From NCBI RefSeq assembly GCF_018398935.1, contig NZ_CP074694.1:1530001-1562000 (forward strand): a stretch of 32,000 nucleotides of DNA, read 5' to 3'. Shown one piece after another: positions 15,080-23,613 of the stretch. Source of the stretch: Telmatocola sphagniphila. GTDB taxonomy: Bacteria; Planctomycetota; Planctomycetia; Gemmatales; Gemmataceae. Below the pieces are notes generated by a model that saw nothing but the letters and a program-made list of their open reading frames with translations, was not told the origin of the DNA and ran no database searches. Each line of letters starts with the position of its first letter. The stretch's first letter is position 1. A program made the translations under genes and the position numbers.

Positions 15080-16744
15080 ATGAGCGAACAGAAAATATGC
15101 CCGCAATGTGGCTCTGAAATACCCGCCGATGCTCCCAACGGTATTTGCCCCAAGTGTCTGCTTGGAATGGCAATGCAGCCTTCCCAAACCGCTTCCCTCA
15201 ATGCGACTGCATCCGTAGCTGCATCGTCAAAAACTACCTTTGTGCCTCCGACGGCAGAAGAACTGAAAGACGTTATTCCGCAGATAGAAATGTTGGAGCT
15301 ATTGGCGACGGGAGGAATGGGCGCGGTTTACAAGGGGCGTCAGAAATCGCTCGATCGACTGGTAGCGGTCAAAGTCCTACCGCCCGACCTGGCCCAGGGT
15401 TCGAACTTTGCCGAACGATTCACTCGAGAAGCCCGAGCCCTTGGAAGGTTAAACCACCCCAACATCGTCTCGGTACATGAATCGGGACAGATTAATGGCC
15501 TTTACTACTTTGTGATGGAGTACGTGGAAGGTACAAATCTGCGGCAGTTGCTCAAAGATAAATCATTGACCCCTAAACAAGTCCTAGCCATCGTTCCCAC
15601 GATCTGCGAGGCGCTTCAATTTGCCCACGATGAGGGTATCGTACACCGCGATATTAAGCCGGAAAATATTCTGATCGACAAAAAGGGACGCGTGAAGATC
15701 GCCGATTTCGGCTTAGCAAAGCTGCTCGGCAGCGATCACATCGAAGAGAACCTGACGGCGACTTATCAGATCATGGGGACGATCAAATATATGTCTCCCG
15801 AGCAGATGGAAGGAGCCAAAGATATCGATCATCGGGCGGATATCTATTCTCTGGGCGTCGTGTTCTACGAATTACTCACGGGAGAATTGCCGTTGGGCCG
15901 GTTTCCGGTACCCTCCAAAAAAGTTCAAATTGATGTGCGCTTGGACGAAATCGTTTTGCGGGCCCTCGAAAAAGAGCCTTCTCAGCGTTATCAGCAGGCC
16001 GGCGACGTGAAGACGGAGGTCGAATCGGTTGTTAATACTCCTGGTGCGGAAACGAGCAAACCGAAACCCGAATCACCTCCTCCATCCCCGAAAGCGAGAA
16101 ATTTCTGGCGAGGTTCTCGCCCGAGAAACGCTATCCTTCGATTGGCTCAAGATCTCGATGAGATCGAGGATCCTTACTTTCGATGGGTCTGGTTTCCGTT
16201 AGCAGGACTTTCGCTCTTCATGCTCTTGGCGACATTGTGCATTTCCGCTTTGCATCCGCATGGCAGCAATGTGGAACTGTATTTTATGCTTTTTCTCAAC
16301 ATCGGTTTCGTATTCCTGGGGCTGAATCTTCTCCGATTCGTTCGGCGCAAATTTCTAATGATCGCCGACCCGGCATCGATATCGTTATGGAATCCGGAGC
16401 AGATTGAGTCCGCTCTAAAATCCTCTAGCGAGTGGCTGAAGTACACGGCATTTGCTTCATTTTTGAGCGGCCTCATGCTCGCCTGCTTCCTGGAGCATCC
16501 CCAGTTTTACGTTCTCGCTTTGGTATTATCGAATGGGCCACTTCTACTGGCGGCCAGGGCTTTAAGCCGGTCACGCTCCCCCGGCATTCTTCCCCCCCTT
16601 ATCGCCATGCTCCCTTTGACCCCGGCAATCGGCCTGGGTTTGCCCCTGGGCATTCAACTCCTGAGAATGCTGTCAAGGCCGGAGGTGAAAGCTTTTTTCG
16701 AAGCGAAACGGGCTCCTCAGAATTCGGCTGGAGGTAATCCTTAG
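15080..16744 (+). CDS. Ser/Thr protein kinase with an N-terminal C4 zinc ribbon and a polytopic C-terminal membrane domain
   Basis: 554-aa ORF. The zinc ribbon is CPQCGSEIPADAPNGICPKC. Kinase motifs are GGMGAVYKG, VAVKVL, HRDIKPENILI, DFGLAK, GTIKYMSPEQ and DIYSLGVVFYELLTG. A Pro/Ser-rich linker is followed by about 5 hydrophobic segments (for example WVWFPLAGLSLFMLLATLCISAL and LYFMLFLNIGFVFLGLNLL). Confidence 0.9.
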   Translation: MSEQKICPQCGSEIPADAPNGICPKCLLGMAMQPSQTASLNATASVAASSKTTFVPPTAEELKDVIPQIEMLELLATGGMGAVYKGRQKSLDRLVAVKVLPPDLAQGSNFAERFTREARALGRLNHPNIVSVHESGQINGLYYFVMEYVEGTNLRQLLKDKSLTPKQVLAIVPTICEALQFAHDEGIVHRDIKPENILIDKKGRVKIADFGLAKLLGSDHIEENLTATYQIMGTIKYMSPEQMEGAKDIDHRADIYSLGVVFYELLTGELPLGRFPVPSKKVQIDVRLDEIVLRALEKEPSQRYQQAGDVKTEVESVVNTPGAETSKPKPESPPPSPKARNFWRGSRPRNAILRLAQDLDEIEDPYFRWVWFPLAGLSLFMLLATLCISALHPHGSNVELYFMLFLNIGFVFLGLNLLRFVRRKFLMIADPASISLWNPEQIESALKSSSEWLKYTAFASFLSGLMLACFLEHPQFYVLALVLSNGPLLLAARALSRSRSPGILPPLIAMLPLTPAIGLGLPLGIQLLRMLSRPEVKAFFEAKRAPQNSAGGNP

Positions 16745-16844
16745 AACCGCGATTCGCGTGCTGATAGTTCTTTGACCTTTTTCCGTGTTAGACCATTACG
16801 ATCTGATTGCGAATATCTTGATTGAGTTCATAAGATGGATCGCA

Positions 16845-18074
16845 ATGCGAAGCACTTCCCCTCAGGCTTGGCTTATCGTCGGATTGCTGATCCCGGTGGC
16901 TCTGCTGAACTATCTGGATCGGCAGATGCTTGCTTCCATGCAAGCTTCCGTAATGACTTCGATTCCTTCGATTGAAACTCAGGCGAACTGGGGCCTAATG
17001 CTCGGTCAGTTCAAGTGGGTTTACGCATTTCTCAGTCCCGTTGGCGGTTTTGTTTCCGATCGTTTTGGTCGGCGACTGACGATATGCGGAAGTCTATTTG
17101 CCTGGTCGCTCGTAACGTTCTGGACTGGCCAGGTGGAGACTTATAACGAACTTCTCTGGGCCCGTTCCTTGATGGGCGTCAGTGAAGCATTTTACATTCC
17201 CTCAGCGCTCGCCCTCATAACCGAATATCATCCCAGTTACACCCGTTCTCGGGCCGTTGGTTTCCATCAACTGGCGATCTATCTCGGAGTGATCGCTGGA
17301 GGTTTCGGAGGGTATGTTGCATCTGATCCCCAACTCGGTTGGCGACTCGCTTTCCAAAGTTGTGGAATTATCGGAATACTCTATGCATTTCCCTTGTTCC
17401 TCCTTTTGAAAGACCACCAACGAGAGGTGACTCAGGGAAATCCGAAACACATCTCTCCTCTGGGAACATTGTCGGAACTGCTAAAGTTGCGCTCATTCAT
17501 TCTACTGGTCTTCTACTTTACTTTGCCGGCGATGGCGGGGTGGATCGTGCGCGATTGGATGCCGGCCGTATTGAAAAAGCAATTTGAGATTAGTGAGGGA
17601 AAAGCGGGGGTCTCCGCCACACTCTATTGGCAAATGGCCGCGATCTTGGGGGCACTCCTAGGTGGCTGGCTGGCCGATCGCTGGAATCGAAAGTCGATTA
17701 AGGGACGAATTTACGCGAGTGCTTTGGGAACGAGTCTCCTGGTACCGGCGATTTTCGGTGTGGGCAATTCCAGCTCCCTGCAGATGGCAATCGCCTTCCT
17801 GATTATCTTCGGGCTCGGTTGGGGCTTTTTCGATTGCAATAATATGCCAATTCTTTCGCAAATCGTACGACCGGAACTTCGCGCCACCGGCTACGGCATT
17901 ATGAATTTTGTCAGCATTAGCTGCGGTGGATTGGCCGACTGGGGATTTGGATGGCTGCGAGACAGAGAGGTACCAATTCCTATCATTTTCAGCAGCTTTG
18001 CGAGTCTGGCCATTGTTTCAGTAGTTTTGGTCCTACTGATCAAACCCTCTGAAAAATATTCGGATCGGATTTAG
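16845..18074 (+). CDS. MFS transporter (anion:cation symporter-like), probably a sugar-acid or sialate importer
   Basis: The ORF track starts at GTG 16785, while ATG 16845 gives MRSTSPQAWLIVGLLIPVALLNYLDRQ, a typical MFS N-terminus. It has about 12 hydrophobic segments and the MFS loop motif GGFVSDRFGRR. The stop lies 5 nt before the lyase gene. Confidence 0.8.
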   Translation: MRSTSPQAWLIVGLLIPVALLNYLDRQMLASMQASVMTSIPSIETQANWGLMLGQFKWVYAFLSPVGGFVSDRFGRRLTICGSLFAWSLVTFWTGQVETYNELLWARSLMGVSEAFYIPSALALITEYHPSYTRSRAVGFHQLAIYLGVIAGGFGGYVASDPQLGWRLAFQSCGIIGILYAFPLFLLLKDHQREVTQGNPKHISPLGTLSELLKLRSFILLVFYFTLPAMAGWIVRDWMPAVLKKQFEISEGKAGVSATLYWQMAAILGALLGGWLADRWNRKSIKGRIYASALGTSLLVPAIFGVGNSSSLQMAIAFLIIFGLGWGFFDCNNMPILSQIVRPELRATGYGIMNFVSISCGGLADWGFGWLRDREVPIPIIFSSFASLAIVSVVLVLLIKPSEKYSDRI

Positions 18075-18079
18075 AACCT

Positions 18080-18994
18080 ATGATAGGTAAACTCACAGGA
18101 TTTATTGCGGCTACGCATACTCCATTCTTGGCCAATGGCGAACTCAATCTCTCGGTTATTGAAAAACAGGCGGCTCATCTGGAAGCGACGGGAGTTTCGG
18201 GAGTGTTCATCTGCGGTACTACTGGAGAATGTCATTCGCTAACGCTCCAAGAAAGAATGGATCTGGCCGAGCGCTGGAGTGCCGTGCGGCGAGGTACTAA
18301 CCTCAAATTGATCGTCCATGTCGGCGCTAACTGTTTGACGGAATCCCGCCAGTTGGCAGCACATGCACAGTCTTTGGATGTGGATGCTATCGCTGCCATA
18401 AGCCCGAGTTACTTCAAACCAAAATCGCTCCAGGCTCTTATCGAGTGCTCGGCGGAAGTAGCTGCCGCCTCGCCGGCCTTGCCTTTCTACTTCTACGATA
18501 TTCCCTCCATGACGGGCGTTAACTTTCCCATGTCTGACTATCTTGAGAAAGCCGCCGTGCGGATACCGAATCTCGCTGGCGTCAAGTTCAGCAATCCCGA
18601 TCTGATGGAGTACCAGAAATGCCTGCATCTGGCTAATAGTAAATTCGATATGCCCTGGGGTACAGACGAGTACATTCTCTCAGCTCTTGCAGTAGGAGCT
18701 ATCGGCGGCGTGGGGAGTAGTTATAACTTGGCCGCTCCAATTTATCGCCGTCTGCTGTCCGCTTTTCAGAGAGTAGATTTGAAATCCGCCCAGGCAGAAC
18801 AATATCGATCCGTTCAGATCATCGATCTCATGATTCAACACGGCTACCTGGCCGCTTCAAAATTTGCTATGAACCAATTGGGAATCGATCTAGGAGGAGT
18901 ACGCCTTCCCTTAACAAATCTGGAAGAAACTCAGAAGCGATCGCTTCAGTTATCCTTGCAGACTCTGGGATTTTACGATTGGATCGCTTTGTAA
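18080..18994 (+). CDS. nanA: N-acetylneuraminate lyase (DHDPS/NAL family, NPL-like)
   Basis: 304-aa ORF. Blocks are FICGTTGECHSLTLQER, IVHVGA, SPALPFYFYDIPSMTGV, the Schiff-base lysine context LAGVKFSNPDL, and GAIGGVGSSYN. The whole length is alignable, from memory, with vertebrate NPL (VNGTTGEGLSLS.., APALPFYYYHIPALTGV, GLKFSDTDL, GAVGSTYN). Confidence 0.75.
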   Translation: MIGKLTGFIAATHTPFLANGELNLSVIEKQAAHLEATGVSGVFICGTTGECHSLTLQERMDLAERWSAVRRGTNLKLIVHVGANCLTESRQLAAHAQSLDVDAIAAISPSYFKPKSLQALIECSAEVAAASPALPFYFYDIPSMTGVNFPMSDYLEKAAVRIPNLAGVKFSNPDLMEYQKCLHLANSKFDMPWGTDEYILSALAVGAIGGVGSSYNLAAPIYRRLLSAFQRVDLKSAQAEQYRSVQIIDLMIQHGYLAASKFAMNQLGIDLGGVRLPLTNLEETQKRSLQLSLQTLGFYDWIAL

Positions 18995-19025
18995 GGTTCT
19001 TATCGCTTTCTAAAGCAACTTAATT

Positions 19026-20540
19026 TTAATGAGCAACAGGCTTGATTCTGACGACGTCTGCGATCTCCCGGTTTCTACGATCTTTACTCTCCGCGCTGGG
19101 AACGTAAGCCCTGACATATTCTATACTTGCTTTTTCGGGAGTAACGGTTACTCGGAGGTGTCCGGAAGGTGGTAAAAATGTACCCCGGATGTAGCCATAC
19201 TCGTCTGCATTCCGAAGCTTGTCGTATCCTGGGTGACCAGGCTGCGGGACCATGAGATAAAGGATATTATCCAGTTCCTGTCTCGCGTAGAAATGATCGT
19301 GTCCATGAAATACGGCCGAGACGTTGTACTTCAGCAACAACTGATGAATCGGCGTAGACCATCCGGGTCGTTTTTGCTTAAACTCGTCCTGACCCTCTTT
19401 GGATCTTCCTCCCCATTCGTAAAGGAGTGCGGCTTCGCTTCCCCCTCGAGCCGATTCATCCAGGCCCCCCACAAGATGATGTATAAACACGAACTTGTAT
19501 TTGGCTTTGGAGGCCGAGAGAGTTTTCTCCAACCATTTGAATTGTTCTTCGCCGAGTGTACGTCCCCAATTTCCACTGCTATCTTTGCCCCGACCCCTTT
19601 GATTGGTTTTCCAGAAGGGATCCAGAGCGATAAATAATGCGTCCCCCCACTCCCAGGCGTAATAATTTTCTAATCGGCCGACTGATTTGAGTTCCGTTTT
19701 GTTACCTGTATAGAATCCATCGGGATAGGGATTGGGAAAATATTTCTTTCTAGTCAAACAGGACCAAGAAGACATGCAGTCGGATGTTCCATCGTAGCGA
19801 TCTAATTTTTCACCATCGTGATTACCCAACACCAAAAATAGTGCTGCAGAATTTGCAACCTGTCCCAGATAGTATCGCTGGGCGAAGTATTGCGGGAGCG
19901 CATCCTTGAACCTTTCATATTTATCCGTCATAAACGTGTCGCCCACATCGATGTGAAAATCGGGGTTATCGGCCAGGACATTCGCCAGTGTCTTCTCGTA
20001 AACGGCGATACGAGTTCCTTGATCGAGGTGGGAGTCGGATTGAATGGTAAAAGTGAATGCTTCCCCTCGAGATCTTGCAGTGTGAAACCGGCCTTCCGGG
20101 AGTGAAGTATATTCAGAGACCGCAGGTTCTCGATAATAGAACTTGTAGAAGTATTGTTTATCCGCTTGCAGATCTTTTAGAATAATTTCGACCGGATCCT
20201 CCGGAGAGAATTTCTTGCTTTCAGTTTTCCCGGTATAGCCGCCGCTTTCAGTTCCATATCGTATGAATCCTTCTGCATTTTTATAAGCAAGGATGCTGCA
20301 GGTGATGCTCCTGGAAGTGGGACGAGTAAGTAGAATGTCGACGGGATGAACTGGAGCTGGCCCAGTAAAAATATGCTTTGGATCCGACTTGTCGCCTTGC
20401 TTTTTCTGAGCCAGGGATTGCATGGATTGCTCGTCAAATGCAATGGGCAACAGAACCAACAAAATCAAGCTCGCGAACAATCGTCCAAAATAAATCATGT
20501 TCATTTCCGGCATTTGGAATAGCATTTCAGGAATTAACAA
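19026..20540 (-). CDS. Secreted calcineurin-like metallophosphoesterase with an N-terminal beta-sandwich (purple-acid-phosphatase-N-like) domain, paralog 2
   Basis: 504-aa ORF. Motifs are TFTIQSDSHLD, IDVGDTFMTD, LVLGNHDGE, FVFIHHLVGG and VFHGHDHFYA. The hydrophobic signal is LFASLILLVLLPIAF. The start is ambiguous: TTG at 20540, with in-frame ATGs at 20525, 20513, 20504 and 20498. Confidence 0.85.
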   Translation of the reverse strand: MLIPEMLFQMPEMNMIYFGRLFASLILLVLLPIAFDEQSMQSLAQKKQGDKSDPKHIFTGPAPVHPVDILLTRPTSRSITCSILAYKNAEGFIRYGTESGGYTGKTESKKFSPEDPVEIILKDLQADKQYFYKFYYREPAVSEYTSLPEGRFHTARSRGEAFTFTIQSDSHLDQGTRIAVYEKTLANVLADNPDFHIDVGDTFMTDKYERFKDALPQYFAQRYYLGQVANSAALFLVLGNHDGEKLDRYDGTSDCMSSWSCLTRKKYFPNPYPDGFYTGNKTELKSVGRLENYYAWEWGDALFIALDPFWKTNQRGRGKDSSGNWGRTLGEEQFKWLEKTLSASKAKYKFVFIHHLVGGLDESARGGSEAALLYEWGGRSKEGQDEFKQKRPGWSTPIHQLLLKYNVSAVFHGHDHFYARQELDNILYLMVPQPGHPGYDKLRNADEYGYIRGTFLPPSGHLRVTVTPEKASIEYVRAYVPSAESKDRRNREIADVVRIKPVAH

Positions 20541-20566
20541 TAACTAGAATTTAATCGGCAAACTGG

Positions 20567-22096
20567 TTAGCTTTTTTGTGAAGCCGATCGAGAGGAGATT
20601 TGATAATTGTGAGCAATCTCACCTGATCTTCGCTTGTCACTTTCGTCTTTAGGGAGATAGGTTCGAACGTACTCCACTTTCACTTCGGAGGGAGAAACGG
20701 TAACTTTCAGAAAACCTGAATTAGGAAGCTTAACTCCCGTCTTATAGCGATCTTCGTTATAGGCGACATAGCCGTGATCCGAAGGCATCGGAAGCTCCTG
20801 GTAAATGATTCCGTCTTTTTCCTGCTTGGCATAAAGGTGGTCGTGACCCTGAAAGAAGATAGTCACTTTGTGCTTCACCATCAGTTGATGGATCGGCATC
20901 TCCCATCCGGGCCGCTTCTGTTTAAATTCCCAGTCTCCCCGTTTGTTCTTGCCTCCCCATTCGAAAAGATCGCATTGATCTATTCCACCCCGTCCGGAAC
21001 CGAGTACGTGATGCGCGAATACAAATTTGTACTTGGCAGTACTCTCCTCTAGTATTTTTTTGAACCATTTATATTGCATGTCTCCCAGTGTTTTTCCCCA
21101 CCAATCGCCCTCTTTGGACTTTTTGTCTTCTTTGCCCTCAGTTCCTCCCGCGAAGCCGCTATCGACCAGCGTAGGCGAGTGCCAGTAGTTATCGAGAACG
21201 ACAAACAGTGCATCTCCCCAGGTCCAGGAGTAATAGTCGCGGAGAAGCCCAATTTCCTTTAAGGGCTCCGAGTTGCCTTTATAAAATGCATCGGGTTCGG
21301 GCATGGGATAATATTTATTTCGCGCTTTTTGCACGCCCACGGCCACGGCATGGCGAACATCTTTTTGATTGTAATTGAACAACGAGCCCTGCTCGTGATT
21401 GCCGTTTACCAGATAGATGGGTGCGGTTTGCCCGACCAGCCCCAGAAAGGGGCGTTGGAGCGTATAAGGTTCCGCGAATCCCTCCGGAGTATGATTTTTT
21501 ACTTTGTCGACACTGAAATCATCGCCGATACAGATGTAAAAATCGGGTTGGGTGCGGGCGGCTTCGAGCAAGGTTCGGGCATATAAGTTGGGCTCAGACA
21601 TTTGTGGTCTTTCGGGATGCGAATCACCTTGGACGGCAAACGTGAAAGTGCTTCCTTTGACACGCTGAGTATGAAAACGATTTTCGTCACGCGGAGTATA
21701 AGTTTTTTCGCCCGACTTTCTCAACTGAACACGAAAAAAGTATTCTGTATCAGGTTTCAATTCTTCTAGTGTAAATTCAAGGGGTTCCTGAGCAGCCAGC
21801 GAATAAACCTTGGTTTTCTGGGTATACTTGCCCGAGGAATATCCGTAGTCCAGATAGATTTCGGCTTTGTCCTTGCTGAGAGCACTAACCACGATGGATC
21901 GATCCGTCACACGTCCTAGAATTATCGAAAGTCTGTCGTAGCTGGAAAGCGCGGAGGGCAGAACATACGAACCTGCGTTATTCCCCTTTTTCCCCGGGCT
22001 TTTCGGCTGCTGGGCGAATAACTTGCCGAGCGTGATCCAGTTCAGCAGATATAAGATTGCTGCAACGAACTTACGTCGATTCGGGTAAATATTCAT
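20567..22096 (-). CDS. Secreted calcineurin-like metallophosphoesterase, paralog 1
   Basis: 509-aa ORF, collinear and alignable over its full length with 19026-20540. Matching blocks are TFAVQGDSHPE, ICIGDDFSVD, LVNGNHEQG, YYSWTWGDALFVVLD, KYKFVFAHHVLGS and FFQGHDHLYA. The signal-like N-terminus is FVAAILYLLNWITLGKLFAQ. Confidence 0.85.
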   Translation of the reverse strand: MNIYPNRRKFVAAILYLLNWITLGKLFAQQPKSPGKKGNNAGSYVLPSALSSYDRLSIILGRVTDRSIVVSALSKDKAEIYLDYGYSSGKYTQKTKVYSLAAQEPLEFTLEELKPDTEYFFRVQLRKSGEKTYTPRDENRFHTQRVKGSTFTFAVQGDSHPERPQMSEPNLYARTLLEAARTQPDFYICIGDDFSVDKVKNHTPEGFAEPYTLQRPFLGLVGQTAPIYLVNGNHEQGSLFNYNQKDVRHAVAVGVQKARNKYYPMPEPDAFYKGNSEPLKEIGLLRDYYSWTWGDALFVVLDNYWHSPTLVDSGFAGGTEGKEDKKSKEGDWWGKTLGDMQYKWFKKILEESTAKYKFVFAHHVLGSGRGGIDQCDLFEWGGKNKRGDWEFKQKRPGWEMPIHQLMVKHKVTIFFQGHDHLYAKQEKDGIIYQELPMPSDHGYVAYNEDRYKTGVKLPNSGFLKVTVSPSEVKVEYVRTYLPKDESDKRRSGEIAHNYQISSRSASQKS

Positions 22097-22129
22097 AACT
22101 GCCGCTTTCTTACCAAATCTTGTTCGGTA

Positions 22130-23074
22130 TCAGTCGTCTTCAACAACTTTACGATTGGATTCGTGGTGGCTTTCATGATGGAAAAAATCCGGAGGCAACT
22201 GTTTTAGTTCCACTAGATCGACCGAGACACTTCTCGGCCCTCCGCGAGCCCGGGGAAGGCCGTTGAAAATCATCTGGTAAACCAGACCAGTTTTTGAGTC
22301 ATACCATAAGTCCACTTCCGCCGGACCTCGATACTCCTGAGACTTCTTCTCGGCATGCAGACCCAGCCAACCTTTGGTGTTTTTTGCCAAGAGTTTAAGA
22401 TTGTAAGCCTCTTTTATTTTTTGAAGATCCTTCTGAAGATCCACGAACGGAATCCCCTGCTGATTGCCAGGAACCCCACCACGAAATCGGGAAAGATCCT
22501 TGCTGACTCGGACCGTTCGATTCGGCGGAGCGGACCAACTTCTCATTCCATCACAACCCGTGACGAATAATTTGTCATCCGTTTGTTTTCTTTCCAGAAC
22601 GAATTGATCGGGATAGCGAACGTAGAGTTTAGCCTGATCGATGGGAGGCCTGTTCTCCTGCTCCGACTCGGGCTCCTCATCCAAGTTGCGAATGACGTAA
22701 GTTCGATCGATTCGGAGGGTCGATTTCTCAATTAATTTTTCTAATTCCGAAGCAGCACTTCTGGATGTTGGAATCAAATAGATCCCCAAAAATAGGGCAA
22801 AAGCCAAACACACGCAAGCCGCGTACACCAATTTCTTCCTCATTCCTCCGCCCCAAGTGTTGGGGTAGGTTGAGTTGTCACGGCCATTTCGCGGAGCTAT
22901 CGCCATTTGAGGTCGTACCACCTCACGTAGACGGTTGTGTAGTTGAACGGATTCCACGAAAAGTACGATGTGTGCTTCGTCCGCTTTCAACCAGGTATTC
23001 AGCTCAAATTCCTCCTCAGAGCTCAGGCAGCCATCCAGGTGGCCGTTAATCAGATAGGAATATCTTCCGCTCAT
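22130..23074 (-). CDS. Anti-sigma factor (single-pass membrane protein) cognate to the 23071-23589 sigma
   Basis: The ATG at 23074 overlaps the sigma gene's TGA in an ATGA junction (plus-strand tcat at 23071-23074). The track's upstream extension to 23110 is unlikely. The N-terminus YLINGHLDGCLSSEEEFELNTWLKADEAHIVLFVE is typical of planctomycete anti-sigma N-domains. It has one TM helix (LVYAACVCLAFALFLGIYLI) and an ectodomain of about 215 aa. Confidence 0.75.
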   Translation of the reverse strand: MSGRYSYLINGHLDGCLSSEEEFELNTWLKADEAHIVLFVESVQLHNRLREVVRPQMAIAPRNGRDNSTYPNTWGGGMRKKLVYAACVCLAFALFLGIYLIPTSRSAASELEKLIEKSTLRIDRTYVIRNLDEEPESEQENRPPIDQAKLYVRYPDQFVLERKQTDDKLFVTGCDGMRSWSAPPNRTVRVSKDLSRFRGGVPGNQQGIPFVDLQKDLQKIKEAYNLKLLAKNTKGWLGLHAEKKSQEYRGPAEVDLWYDSKTGLVYQMIFNGLPRARGGPRSVSVDLVELKQLPPDFFHHESHHESNRKVVEDD

Positions 23075-23589
23075 AAGATCACCTCGGCCGCTTTCTTGCG
23101 TTCGAGGCAATCCCTGAGTCGATCCCGGATTCGCTGCAAGGCCTTTGCCACTAAATTCGGTGTCATTCCCATCTGATCACTAATCTGGGCTGGCTTCAGA
23201 TCCTGCTGGTATCGAAAATTGCAAAGGGACTTCGCTTTGGAGTCGAGTTTTTCGTAGCACTCCGTCAGATAGTCCAGGCCGTTCTCTTTAAGCGAGGAAT
23301 TTTCGAAAGCCTGCGCGATGCGATCGACTGTTTCCGTATCGAAAGCTAATCGATCTCGGTTCTTGCGCCGAAAATATAAGTGGATTTGATTTCGAGCGAT
23401 GCCAATACACCAACCGAGGAAGGAAGCTTTGGGATCGTATCTCTCGAAGGATTCCAACACGGCAACGGCAATTTCCTGGAGGAGGTCGTCGCGATCCTGA
23501 AAATCTCTCACTTGAGAAGTGATGAAGGCCGACACAGTTGGGACGGCCAAAGTCCAGAGTTTCGTCGCTTCTAGATATTTCTGATTCAT
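23071..23589 (-). CDS. ECF-type RNA polymerase sigma factor
   Basis: 172-aa ORF. The region-2 block is RDDLLQEIAVAVLESFERYDP and FLGWCIGIARNQIHLYFRR. The region-4 HTH is PAQISDQMGMTPNLVAKALQRIRDRLRDCL. It is translationally coupled to the downstream anti-sigma. Confidence 0.85.
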   Translation of the reverse strand: MNQKYLEATKLWTLAVPTVSAFITSQVRDFQDRDDLLQEIAVAVLESFERYDPKASFLGWCIGIARNQIHLYFRRKNRDRLAFDTETVDRIAQAFENSSLKENGLDYLTECYEKLDSKAKSLCNFRYQQDLKPAQISDQMGMTPNLVAKALQRIRDRLRDCLERKKAAEVIL

Positions 23590-23613
23590 TCTTCCCGCCC
23601 GGCGGATTCGTGC

